Made by a program: the position numbers and the translations under genes. The notes beneath the pieces were generated by a model that saw nothing but the letters and a program-made list of their open reading frames with translations, ran no database searches and was not told the DNA's origin. A stretch of DNA of 64,000 bases from an uncultured Verrucomicrobiota bacterium (GTDB lineage Bacteria; Verrucomicrobiota; CALLYA01; CAYNBQ01): contig CAYNBQ010000004.1 in the NCBI GenBank assembly GCA_964395275.1, forward strand, positions 504-64,503, written 5' to 3'. Positions 29,539 to 38,011 of the stretch are shown one piece after another; the stretch's first letter is position 1; every line of letters begins with the position of its first letter.

Positions 29539-29761
29539 CGTCGCACCTCCACATTTCCACCGCGCGCTCGCCGCGCCTCCGCTCCGGATCCCCCGCGACC
29601 GCGGCCCGTTCGGTGCGGCGGCCCGCCGGGCCGCGGCATTCTATCCGATCCCGGGAGCGGCTCCAACGCCGACCGCGTCGGGTCCGCTTGCGATTCCCCG
29701 GGCATGGGCTATTGGTTTCTTTCCGGGCGATCCGCCCGCCGCAGCCGGAGGATACGAAACC

Positions 29762-31015
29762 ATGAGCGAACTGATCCGGGATCGACGACGACGCAAAGAC
29801 CTCCTGAAACACATGATCCACCAGCTTCATTCGGGAGAGGCGCCCGAAGCGGTGCGCCCCCGGTTGATGCAGCTGCTCGGCCGGGTTCCCTACGACGAGG
29901 TCGTCGAGGTGGAGGAGGAACTCATCGCGGAAGGAATGGATCCGGCCGAGATCCTCCGCCTGTGCGACATCCACACCGCCGCCCTGCAGGGTGCGCTCGA
30001 CTCGGGACCTCCGCCCGACCTGCCTCCGGAACATCCCGCCCAGGTCCTGCGCGCGGAGAACCAGGCCCTCGGCTGGGAACTGGAGGGCCTGGAAAAGCTC
30101 TTCCGGCGCCTGGCGGAGATGCCGGACGACGAGGACGCCTCCGAACTCATGCACGACGTCCGCGTGCGGTTCAACGCCCTGACGGACGTGGAAAAGCATT
30201 ACCGGCGCAAGGAAAACCTCGTCTTTCCGTTCCTGGAGAAACACGGCATCACCGGTCCGCCGACGGTCATGTGGGGCAAACACGACGAGGCCCGGGCCCT
30301 GCTGCGCGCCGCCGTCGAATCCCTCGAGGCCGCCGGTTCGATCACCGCCGGGGAAGCCCGCACCGTGGTCGATCTCGTCCTGCGCCCCGCCGTCGAGGCC
30401 GTTGCGGGGATGATCGACAAGGAGGAACAGATCCTTCTGCCGATGTGTCTGGAAACGCTGAGCGACGAGGAGTGGTACGAGATCGCCCGCGGCAGCGAGG
30501 AGATCGGCTACTGCCTCGTCGCCCCCGAAACCGTCTGGCGTCCGGAAGGCGTGCGGGAACCGCCGCCGGCCGCGGCGACGACCGACTCCGGGCGGATCCG
30601 CCTGCCGACCGGCGCCTTCACCCCGACGGAACTCGAGGCGATCCTTAACACGATCCCGTTCGACATCACCTTCGTCGACGCCGACGACACCGTGCGCTAT
30701 TTCAGCCACGGTCGCGAGCGGATCTTCGCCCGGACCCGCGCCGTCCTCGGTCGGAAGGTCCAGTATTGCCACCCCCCGAAGAGCGTCCATATCGTCCGGA
30801 AGATCCTTGACGATTTCCGGAACGGGCGCGAGGACCACGCCCGGTTCTGGATCGAACTGGACGGCCGGTTCCTCTGCATCGAGTACTTCGCACTGCGGGA
30901 CGCCGACGGCGGTTTTCTCGGCACCCTGGAGGTCAGCCAGGATCTCACCGAAAAGCGGGCGCTGAAGGGCGAACAGCGGTTGCTGAACTACGTGTCGAAG
31001 GCGGACTCGAAATGA
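29762..31015 (+). CDS. DUF438 domain protein (hemerythrin-like HHE region + DUF438 + PAS-like C-terminus)
   Basis: MSELIRDRRRRKDLLKHMIHQLH… with the DUF438 core and a C-terminal PAS-like fold (ILNTIPFDITFVDADDTVRYFS). ATG at 29762 has a GGAGGA RBS. Confidence 0.85.
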   Translation: MSELIRDRRRRKDLLKHMIHQLHSGEAPEAVRPRLMQLLGRVPYDEVVEVEEELIAEGMDPAEILRLCDIHTAALQGALDSGPPPDLPPEHPAQVLRAENQALGWELEGLEKLFRRLAEMPDDEDASELMHDVRVRFNALTDVEKHYRRKENLVFPFLEKHGITGPPTVMWGKHDEARALLRAAVESLEAAGSITAGEARTVVDLVLRPAVEAVAGMIDKEEQILLPMCLETLSDEEWYEIARGSEEIGYCLVAPETVWRPEGVREPPPAAATTDSGRIRLPTGAFTPTELEAILNTIPFDITFVDADDTVRYFSHGRERIFARTRAVLGRKVQYCHPPKSVHIVRKILDDFRNGREDHARFWIELDGRFLCIEYFALRDADGGFLGTLEVSQDLTEKRALKGEQRLLNYVSKADSK

Positions 31016-31539
31016 GCGACGAAACGCAGAAACCGGCGATCACGCCGGACCTCAAGATCGGCGATCTCCTGGACGCCTGGCCGGAGCTGGAAGATCTCCT
31101 CATCGAAACGATCCCGGCCTTCTCCAGGCTCCGCAATCCCGTTCTGCGCCGCACCGTGGCGAGGGTGACCACGATCCACCAGGCCGCCAGGGTCGGCGGC
31201 GTTTCCCTGGGCGACCTGATCACCCGCCTGCGCCGGGCCGTCGGACAGGAGGAAGATCCGCCGCCGGACGCGGGGGAAGCGGATGGGGACCGTCCCGCCT
31301 GGCTGGAGGGGATCCGGCCGAAGAACGTCCTGGACGCCCGCGCCATGATCGAAGAAGGCGGACATCCCCTGGGCGAGGTTGTCGCCGCCGTGCGGGAACT
31401 CCGGCCGGGCGAGGCCTACGGGCTGGTGACCCCCTTCGTTCCGGCGCCGTTGATCGACCGGGTCCGCGCCCTCGGGTGCGACGCCTGGACCGAACGGCGC
31501 GGGCCCGACGAATACCTGACGATCTTCCGGAAACGCTGA
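31012..31539 (+). CDS. DUF1858 + DUF2249 domain protein
   Basis: N-terminal DUF1858 (ITPDLKIGDLLDAWPELEDLLIETIPAFSRLRNPVLRRTVARVTTIHQAA) and C-terminal DUF2249 (LDARAMIEEGGHPLGEVVAAVRELRPGEAYGLVTPFVPAPL). ATGA overlap with the DUF438 gene. Confidence 0.8.
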   Translation: MSDETQKPAITPDLKIGDLLDAWPELEDLLIETIPAFSRLRNPVLRRTVARVTTIHQAARVGGVSLGDLITRLRRAVGQEEDPPPDAGEADGDRPAWLEGIRPKNVLDARAMIEEGGHPLGEVVAAVRELRPGEAYGLVTPFVPAPLIDRVRALGCDAWTERRGPDEYLTIFRKR

Positions 31540-31679
31540 GGCCCGGAAAGGAACCGCGCCTCGGGGAAACGCTCCCGCACCGGCGCCGGCCCCGGTCCCT
31601 TTACGGAAGCGACGCCGTGCGGAGCTTCGTAGAAGGGCCCCGTCCCTCTCCCCTTCTCCGGGGTGAGATCACCCCGGCT

Positions 31680-32270
31680 CCACGGGTTTTCCTTCGCGGG
31701 ACGAAGGAATCGGCCGACCCTACTCCGTCCCGCCCGCCGGGTGGAACTTCCTCCTTCGTTCCGGAAATCCGGAACTACGGAGGACAAGTCGAAGGGCAAG
31801 CCGGGATCGGCCTCCTACTCTGCTCTCCAGAACCTGGGGCGGTAACCCAAGAAAGTAGGAGCCCGACCCCGTTCGGGCGATCGAGATTCACGGAGCGGCC
31901 GCGCGGCGCATCGTCCTTCGCGGGGCGGAACGCGACGGGAGCGTCCCGGATCCGGCAGGTTTTCCTTCGCGGGCTGAACGGGTCGGCCGATAGGGATCGG
32001 CCTCCTACTCTGGTTTCCAGAACCTGCGGCGGTAACCCAAGAAAGTAGGAGCCCGACCCCGTTCGGGCGACCGTTTGCGTTCGCCATGGCGCGGGCGGAA
32101 AGATCGAGATTCACGGAGCGACCGCGTGGCGGGGCGCCCTTCGCGGGTCGGAACGCGACGGGGGCGTCCCGGATCCGGCAGGTTTTCCTTCGCGGGTTGG
32201 GGGAATCGGCCGAACTTTGCTTCGTCCCGCCCGCGGGGCGGGCGGCTGTTGGGGATTGTCGCCGGCGGCG
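31680..32270. repeat. Tandem array (about 2.5-3 units of ~190-210 nt) of a multi-hairpin structured repeat; locus A of a dispersed family
   Basis: Period ~189 nt (gatcggcctcctactctg at 31806 and again at 31995). Each unit holds three hairpins: GGCCTCCTACT-[25-30 nt variable loop]-AGTAGGAGCCC; GCCCGA-cccc-GTTCGGGC; and TTCCTTCGCGGG…CGAAGGAA. The ORFs called across this region carry no protein signal. Confidence 0.7.
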
Positions 32271-32317
32271 ATCGGAGATAGAAGGATCCCCCACCCCAAC
32301 CGGGAGGAAAAGAATCC

Positions 32318-35300
32318 GTGGAAACCGCCCGAGAACCCTTCGAACACCCCCCCGCCATGGAGTTCCGCCCGGCGCCGTTCTGGTTCTGGAACGACGATCT
32401 CCAGCCCGACGAGCTGCGCCGTCAGATCGCCGAGATGCACGCCCACGGCATCGGCGGCTTCTTCATGCACGCCCGCATGGGACGCCTGACCCCCTACATG
32501 AGCGACCGCTGGATGGAATGCGTCCGCGCCGCCGTCGACGAGGCCGAACGGCGCGGCATGAAGGCCTGGATCTACGATGAGGACAACTGGCCGAGCGGAT
32601 ACGGCGGCGGGATCGTCAACGCCCTCGGCCCGGACATGCTGCAGCAATACCTCTTCTGCGACGAGATCCCTCTCGACCGCAACGAGGGGGTTCCCCTCTT
32701 CTTTCCCGAGGAAACCGTGGCGGTCTTCGGCGGGGCGAAACGCGACGGGCGATGGAGCGATCTGCGGCGGCTCACGGAAAAGGATTTCCGCGCCATCGTC
32801 CGCAACGAGACCGACCCCGGCATCGAACGGCTCCTCGTCTTCCGGTGCGAGGTCCACGACCGGGAGCGGTTCTTCTGCCCGGAGGTTTCCACCCGGGGCT
32901 ACGTCGACATCCTCGACGAGAAGGTCACGCGGGCGTTCATCAACCATATCCACGAGGCCTACGCCCGGGAGGTCGGCGACCGGTTCGGCACCACGATCCC
33001 CGGGTTCTTCACCGACGAACCGAGCTACCACGAGCTGGACTGGCGGCACAACGTCCAGCGGCTGCCCTGGACCTCCGCGCTGCCCGATCTCTTCCGCAAG
33101 GAGAACGGGGGCGACCTGATCGAACAGCTCCCCTCGCTGGTGGCGGAAGTCGGCGACTGGTTCCGCGTCCGCCTGGATTACTACCGGTGCCTGGCGCGGC
33201 TTTTCGCGGAGAACTTCACGCGGCCACTGGCCGAATGGTGCGAACGGCACGGCCTGGAACTCACCGGCCACTACATCGTCGAGGAATCCCTGCCGGGCGC
33301 CGCCCAGTGCACGGGCGACCCGATGCTGCACTATTTCTACGAACACGTGCCCGGCATCGATCATCTCGGCAAGGACATCGACCTGGGGGATTTCTGGTCG
33401 TCGGCGCGCGTGCTGGTGAAACAGCCGGCCAGCGTGACGCATCAGTTCGGCAAGTCCCGGATCATGATCGAGACCTTCGCCGGCGGCGGATGGGATTTCG
33501 GCCTGCGCGAACAGAAATGGATGGGCGACTGGCTCTACGCGCTCGGCGTGAACCTGCTCTGTCAGCACGCGTTCCATTATTCGCTGCGCGGCTATCGGAA
33601 ACGGGATTACCCGCCGTCGCTTTCCCTGCAACAGCCCTGGTGGGCGGCCGCCGAACCGCTCGGCCTGCATTTCGGACGGCTGGGAGCGATGCTGACCCGG
33701 GGGAAACGCGAGCCGGAGCTGCTGGTGCTCCACCCGCTCGAAAGCCGGTTCGGCGTGCACCGGGTCGACGGCCATCCCTGGACGGGCGACACGCTGACCG
33801 GATCCTTCGAACGAATCACCGAGGAACTCCTTTCCCGACAGATCGATTTCGATTACGGCAACGAGGAGTTGATGGCCCGGCACGGAAACGCCGGGGACGG
33901 CCGGATCCGGATCGGCGAGGCGTCGTACCGGGTGATCCTCGCGCCGCACGCGCACACCTGGCGCGGAACGACTCTGGATCTGCTCGAGCGTTTCCTAGAA
34001 TCCGGCGGACGGATCCTCTCGGTCCGGCCCGCGGCCACGCGGGTCGACGGCAGGGAATCCGACAGGGTCGGCCGGATCCTGGAAAAGGCGATCGACCTCG
34101 GGGAATGGGACGCCGAGGATTTTCCGGAACGACTCGCCGCGGCCATCGACGACGCCCTCGATCCCCCGTTCCGGATCGAGACCGACGATCCGGAAGAGGC
34201 CCGGTCCATCGTGCACCAGTATCGCCGGGACGGCGACGAACGGATCCTGTTCCTGACCTCGGCCCTGCGGAAGCCGTTCCGGGCGCGGATCCGCGTACGC
34301 GAGGCGGTTTTCGTGGAACGCTGGGAAACGGCCGACGGAAGCATCTCCTCGGTCCCCGCCGAACGCGTCGGGGACGAACTCGCGTTCGAACTGCCGTTCG
34401 ACGACGGGTTGTCGCATCTCCTCGTGCTGCGCAGCGAAGCCTCCGAAGCGTCCCCGGATCCGCGCGTCCTGGGGCGGGTCGTCGAGAAGAGGGTTCTCGT
34501 GTCCGAAGGGCAGACCGTCCCCGCGGAACGGCTCCAACCGAACGTGCTCATCCTCGATGCCGCGAGCCTGACCCTGCGGAAACATCCGCCCGGTCCGCGA
34601 ACCTTCCTGCTCGATCTCCAGGAACAGATGCAACGATTGCCGGCAAACTTTCCCTGTCGACTCGATTTCGAGTGGGAGAGCGATCTCGAGGTCGACAACG
34701 CCGAGTTGCTCCTGGAACCGTTGCCCGGGGGAAGTCGAATCCTGTTCAACGGCGAACCGGCGGATCCGTCGGCGGATTCGCCCTCCTGGATCGACGTGCA
34801 TCTGCGCCGGATTCCCCTCCCCGGACCGATCCGGCGGGGCGCGAACCGGTTGACCCTTGAAGTGCGGGCCCGTCCGGGGATCGAGATCGAACCGCCGTAC
34901 GTGGCCGGAGATTTCGGGGTCGAGCTGCGGGGGGGCGAACCGCCGCGGATCGTTCCGCCGCCTGCGATGCTTGCGCTGACCGGCTGGGAAACGCAGGGAT
35001 TGCCCTTCTACGCGGGCGGAATACGGTTCGAACTGGAGACGGAACCGGTCGGCGGCGGGTTCTGGGCGCTGGAGGCGGAGGATCTGCGGGGCGGATGGAC
35101 GGTTCGTGTCAACGGACGGGAGGCCGGTACGGCGGGATGGCGTCCCTTCTGCGTCCCCTTGAAAGATGTAAGCCGTACGGAGCGCAACCGGATCGAGGTG
35201 ACCGTGTACAACAGCCTGCGGAACTTCTACGGGCCGCATCATCTCGGTCACGAAGACCGGATCGACTGCCTGGGGCCGCATTCCTTCTTCGAGAAGGATC

Positions 35301-35392
35301 ACCGGGTGGCGGAATACCGTCTGAAACCGGCGGGGATCCTGGGAGAGATCCGTCTGGTGCGGCTTGCGGTTCCCGCCGGGAGGGGGTCATGA
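32318..35392 (+). CDS. Large (1024 aa) cytoplasmic glycoside-hydrolase-like protein (N-terminal TIM-barrel-like domain; family not assigned)
   Basis: GTG start. N-terminal FWFWNDDLQPDELRRQIAEMHAHGIGGFFMHARMG…KAWIYDEDNWPSGYGGG pattern is typical of a glycoside hydrolase TIM-barrel, followed by beta-sandwich-like C-terminal domains. No signal peptide. Confidence 0.75.
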   Translation: METAREPFEHPPAMEFRPAPFWFWNDDLQPDELRRQIAEMHAHGIGGFFMHARMGRLTPYMSDRWMECVRAAVDEAERRGMKAWIYDEDNWPSGYGGGIVNALGPDMLQQYLFCDEIPLDRNEGVPLFFPEETVAVFGGAKRDGRWSDLRRLTEKDFRAIVRNETDPGIERLLVFRCEVHDRERFFCPEVSTRGYVDILDEKVTRAFINHIHEAYAREVGDRFGTTIPGFFTDEPSYHELDWRHNVQRLPWTSALPDLFRKENGGDLIEQLPSLVAEVGDWFRVRLDYYRCLARLFAENFTRPLAEWCERHGLELTGHYIVEESLPGAAQCTGDPMLHYFYEHVPGIDHLGKDIDLGDFWSSARVLVKQPASVTHQFGKSRIMIETFAGGGWDFGLREQKWMGDWLYALGVNLLCQHAFHYSLRGYRKRDYPPSLSLQQPWWAAAEPLGLHFGRLGAMLTRGKREPELLVLHPLESRFGVHRVDGHPWTGDTLTGSFERITEELLSRQIDFDYGNEELMARHGNAGDGRIRIGEASYRVILAPHAHTWRGTTLDLLERFLESGGRILSVRPAATRVDGRESDRVGRILEKAIDLGEWDAEDFPERLAAAIDDALDPPFRIETDDPEEARSIVHQYRRDGDERILFLTSALRKPFRARIRVREAVFVERWETADGSISSVPAERVGDELAFELPFDDGLSHLLVLRSEASEASPDPRVLGRVVEKRVLVSEGQTVPAERLQPNVLILDAASLTLRKHPPGPRTFLLDLQEQMQRLPANFPCRLDFEWESDLEVDNAELLLEPLPGGSRILFNGEPADPSADSPSWIDVHLRRIPLPGPIRRGANRLTLEVRARPGIEIEPPYVAGDFGVELRGGEPPRIVPPPAMLALTGWETQGLPFYAGGIRFELETEPVGGGFWALEAEDLRGGWTVRVNGREAGTAGWRPFCVPLKDVSRTERNRIEVTVYNSLRNFYGPHHLGHEDRIDCLGPHSFFEKDHRVAEYRLKPAGILGEIRLVRLAVPAGRGS

Positions 35393-35937
35393 GCGCCCCG
35401 CGACGGAAACCGGTCCACCCGGGCGACGGCGGCGAAACATCGGTGCCGGGCGCCGGCCGGGTGCCGAAGAATCATCCCATCCCGGTCGCGTGCGGGACGC
35501 TGGACGAACTGAATTCCGCGATCGGGTTCGCGCGGGCGGCCCCGGGCCGGTCGGACCCGGAGATCGACGGTATGCTGGTGCGGATCCAGTCGGCCCTGTT
35601 CGTGGCGGGCTCGGTGCTCGCGGGGGTGGCGGTCGCCGACGGAATCGACGGGGAACTCGCGTGGATCGAGGAACGCCTGGCCGCGGTCGAGGAGGAGATC
35701 GGGCCGCTGCGCACCTTCCTTCTGCCCGGCGGAACGGACCGCGCCGCGCGGCTCCACCTGGCCCGGACGATCTGTCGCCGGGCCGAACGGGACGTCGTGG
35801 CGGCGATCCCGGCGCGGCCGGAGGCCCGGGAAGTCGTTCCCTATCTGAACCGGTTGTCGCTGTTGTTCTTCGAACTGGCGCGCCTTGAAAACCGCCGGTC
35901 CGACGTGGAAGAGACCCCTTGGCGCGCCGCCCCGTGA
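35389..35937 (+). CDS. PduO-type ATP:cob(I)alamin adenosyltransferase
   Basis: PduO/MMAB family (…PKNHPIPVACGTLDELNSAIGFAR…LRTFLLPGG…ARLHLARTICRRAER). The ATG overlaps the upstream TGA (ATGA). Confidence 0.85.
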   Translation: MSAPRRKPVHPGDGGETSVPGAGRVPKNHPIPVACGTLDELNSAIGFARAAPGRSDPEIDGMLVRIQSALFVAGSVLAGVAVADGIDGELAWIEERLAAVEEEIGPLRTFLLPGGTDRAARLHLARTICRRAERDVVAAIPARPEAREVVPYLNRLSLLFFELARLENRRSDVEETPWRAAP

Positions 35938-36046
35938 AAGGCGCGGACGGCCCCCTTTCCCGCCGTCCCCGGCGGGGAAGAATCCCTCGCGTTCGTGGTA
36001 CGGCGGCCTATAATCCGGCGACGGAGCCGGGCTCCGGGGAGAAACG

Positions 36047-36799
36047 ATGTCGACAGCCCTCCTGATGATCCATCCAGTGAATCTGCCGCCGTTGGCCGCC
36101 GGGCTTTCCTATGCCTGGAGGGAATCGGGGCTCTACAGCAAGGCCATCATCATCCTGCTCTTTCTCGGCTCGATGTTCGCGTGGTCGGTCATGATCAACA
36201 AGGGACTGTCCCTGCGGCATGCGAAACGGGAGGCCCGGAGGTTTCTCCGTTTCTATCGTTCGCACAAGGAACCCCTGGCGGCGTACGTGCAGAAGTTCCA
36301 TGCCACCGAATGCCCCCTGCTGGAGGTCTACCGGGCGGGGGCGAAGGAAGCCGTCCGGCAACTCGGCGGCGACACGGACCGGGGCGCGGAACTCTTCGCG
36401 GAGAACCGGATTCCCGAGGGACGGCTCGACGTCGGCCAGATCGACCGGATCCAGGACGCGGTGGACCGCGAGATCAACACGCAGAGCCTCATCCTGGAGT
36501 CGTACCTCGGGGCGTTGGCGACGGCCGTGAGCGCCGGGCCGCTGATGGGACTGCTCGGAACCGTCTGGGGGATCATGGACGCCTTCGGCGCGATGGCCGT
36601 GGTGGGAACCGCCACGATCTCCGCCGTCGCCCCCGGGATCAGCGGCGCCCTGATCACGACGGTGATCGGGCTGCTCGTGGCGATCCCGTCGTTGATCGGA
36701 TACAACGTTCTGATCCACCACGTCGAACGCCAGACGGTGGAGATCGAGAACTTCGCGACCGAATTCGTGGCCGCCCTGGAAACTCGGTACAAACGGTAG
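36047..36799 (+). CDS. tolQ: Tol-Pal system protein TolQ (MotA/TolQ/ExbB proton channel)
   Basis: Three-TM MotA/TolQ/ExbB family (…AVSAGPLMGLLGTVWGIMDAF…). It is first in the tolQRAB-pal gene order. Confidence 0.85.
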   Translation: MSTALLMIHPVNLPPLAAGLSYAWRESGLYSKAIIILLFLGSMFAWSVMINKGLSLRHAKREARRFLRFYRSHKEPLAAYVQKFHATECPLLEVYRAGAKEAVRQLGGDTDRGAELFAENRIPEGRLDVGQIDRIQDAVDREINTQSLILESYLGALATAVSAGPLMGLLGTVWGIMDAFGAMAVVGTATISAVAPGISGALITTVIGLLVAIPSLIGYNVLIHHVERQTVEIENFATEFVAALETRYKR

Positions 36800-36811
36800 G
36801 GGCCTACGGCG

Positions 36812-37222
36812 ATGCCACGGACCGCGCGCCGGCGACGGCGATCCCATCTGAGCGAGGTCAACCTCACCCCGCTGATGGACCTCGCTTTCCTGCTGTTGAT
36901 CACCTTCGTGATCACCTTTCCCCTGATCGAAAACGGCGTGGAGATCAACCTGCCCAAGGCGACGACAGAACCCGTGGATTCCGACAAGACCCGCACCATC
37001 TCGATCGACGCGCGGGGGAATCTCTATCTCGACGGCGACCCGATCGACATGGAAACCCTCCGCATGGAGATGGAGGGATTCGCCGCCGTCTCCGACAAGC
37101 ACGCCGTGCTGGTCCGCGCGGATTCCGACCTGAAATACTCGCGCGTGATCGAGGTGCTTCAGCTTCTCTATGACGCCCGCGTCCAGCGGATGGCCCTGGT
37201 GACCCGGGGCGAAGGTCCGTGA
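36812..37222 (+). CDS. tolR: Tol-Pal system protein TolR (ExbD/TolR family)
   Basis: ExbD/TolR fold (EVNLTPLMDLAFLLLITFVI…VLVRADSDLKYSRVIEVL). Confidence 0.85.
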   Translation: MPRTARRRRRSHLSEVNLTPLMDLAFLLLITFVITFPLIENGVEINLPKATTEPVDSDKTRTISIDARGNLYLDGDPIDMETLRMEMEGFAAVSDKHAVLVRADSDLKYSRVIEVLQLLYDARVQRMALVTRGEGP

Positions 37223-38010
37223 CCCGACGGGAGAACCCGACGATGGATCCTTCGTTCCGACGGAGTCTCCTGATCTCGGCCGTTTCCCACACGATCCTCC
37301 TGTTCGCCTTCCTCATCGTGCCTTCCTGGTTCGCCCCCCGAAGACCCCGGGGCGCCGTGATCCGCCTGGTCAGCCCGGCGGAGCTGCTCCCGCCTCCGCC
37401 GGTGACCACCGTTGCGCCGCCGAAAGAGGAGAAGGCCGTCTTCTCCCGGACGACGCGGCGTACGACACGCCGCACGACGAGCCGCCGCCGCACCACGTCG
37501 AAGAAGGCGACGACAACGAAGAAGAAAACGTCCAGCACGAAGAAGACCACCCGCAAGACGTCCCGGCGGACGACCTCGGCGCGCCGGACCACCAGCGCCC
37601 GGCGCACGACGAGCCGGCCGGTCCTGGACACGAAGAAACTGCGGGAACGCCTGAAGAACCGCGTCGGCGCGGCGCCGACCCCCGGAAGCGCGACGGGGCC
37701 CGCAGGCGGCGCCCCGGGAGGATCGGGTCCGGTCTCCTGGTATTACTCCGCCGTGCGGGAACGCCTCTACCGGGCGTGGCGTCCTCCGCCCCATGCCCCC
37801 CGCGGGTTGCAATGCGACGTGACGATCCGCGTGGAAAAGAACGGATCGATCAGCCGCACGAGGATCGTCCGGTCCTCCGGCGACCGCGAGTTCGACGACT
37901 CGGTGCTGGAAGCCGTCCGGTCGGTCGATCGCCTTGCCCCCTTGCCGGGGGCCCTCGGTACAAGATACAAGGAAATCACCGTCGCCTTCAGAGTGGAACC
38001 CGGAGATTGA
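37219..38010 (+). CDS. tolA: TolA/TonB-like energy-transducer protein (TonB-C domain) with a low-complexity Thr/Arg/Lys-rich spacer
   Basis: N-terminal TM and a C-terminal TonB_C-like domain (…WYYSAVRERLYRAWRPP…VTIRVEKNGSISRTRIVRSSGDREFDDSVLEAV). The spacer is TTRRTTSRRRTTSKKATTTKKKTSS… rather than the usual Pro/Ala/Glu/Lys-rich linker. 4-nt overlap with tolR. Confidence 0.75.
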   Translation: MTRRENPTMDPSFRRSLLISAVSHTILLFAFLIVPSWFAPRRPRGAVIRLVSPAELLPPPPVTTVAPPKEEKAVFSRTTRRTTRRTTSRRRTTSKKATTTKKKTSSTKKTTRKTSRRTTSARRTTSARRTTSRPVLDTKKLRERLKNRVGAAPTPGSATGPAGGAPGGSGPVSWYYSAVRERLYRAWRPPPHAPRGLQCDVTIRVEKNGSISRTRIVRSSGDREFDDSVLEAVRSVDRLAPLPGALGTRYKEITVAFRVEPGD

Positions 38011-38011
38011 T

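Noticed and set aside
31680-32270. CRISPR array interpretation of the repeats
   Set aside because: Units are ~190 nt and internally hairpinned, not 24-48-nt direct repeats separated by unique spacers of uniform length. No cas genes in the window.
31476-32358. Several 60-190-aa ORFs across the repeat locus (e.g. 31476..32048 +, 31815..32294 -, 32005..32358 -, 32086..32580 +) and the equivalent at 44480..44730
   Set aside because: They tile the tandem repeats in all frames, have no RBS or start context, and their translations are repeat-derived. The DNA is better explained as structured non-coding repeats.
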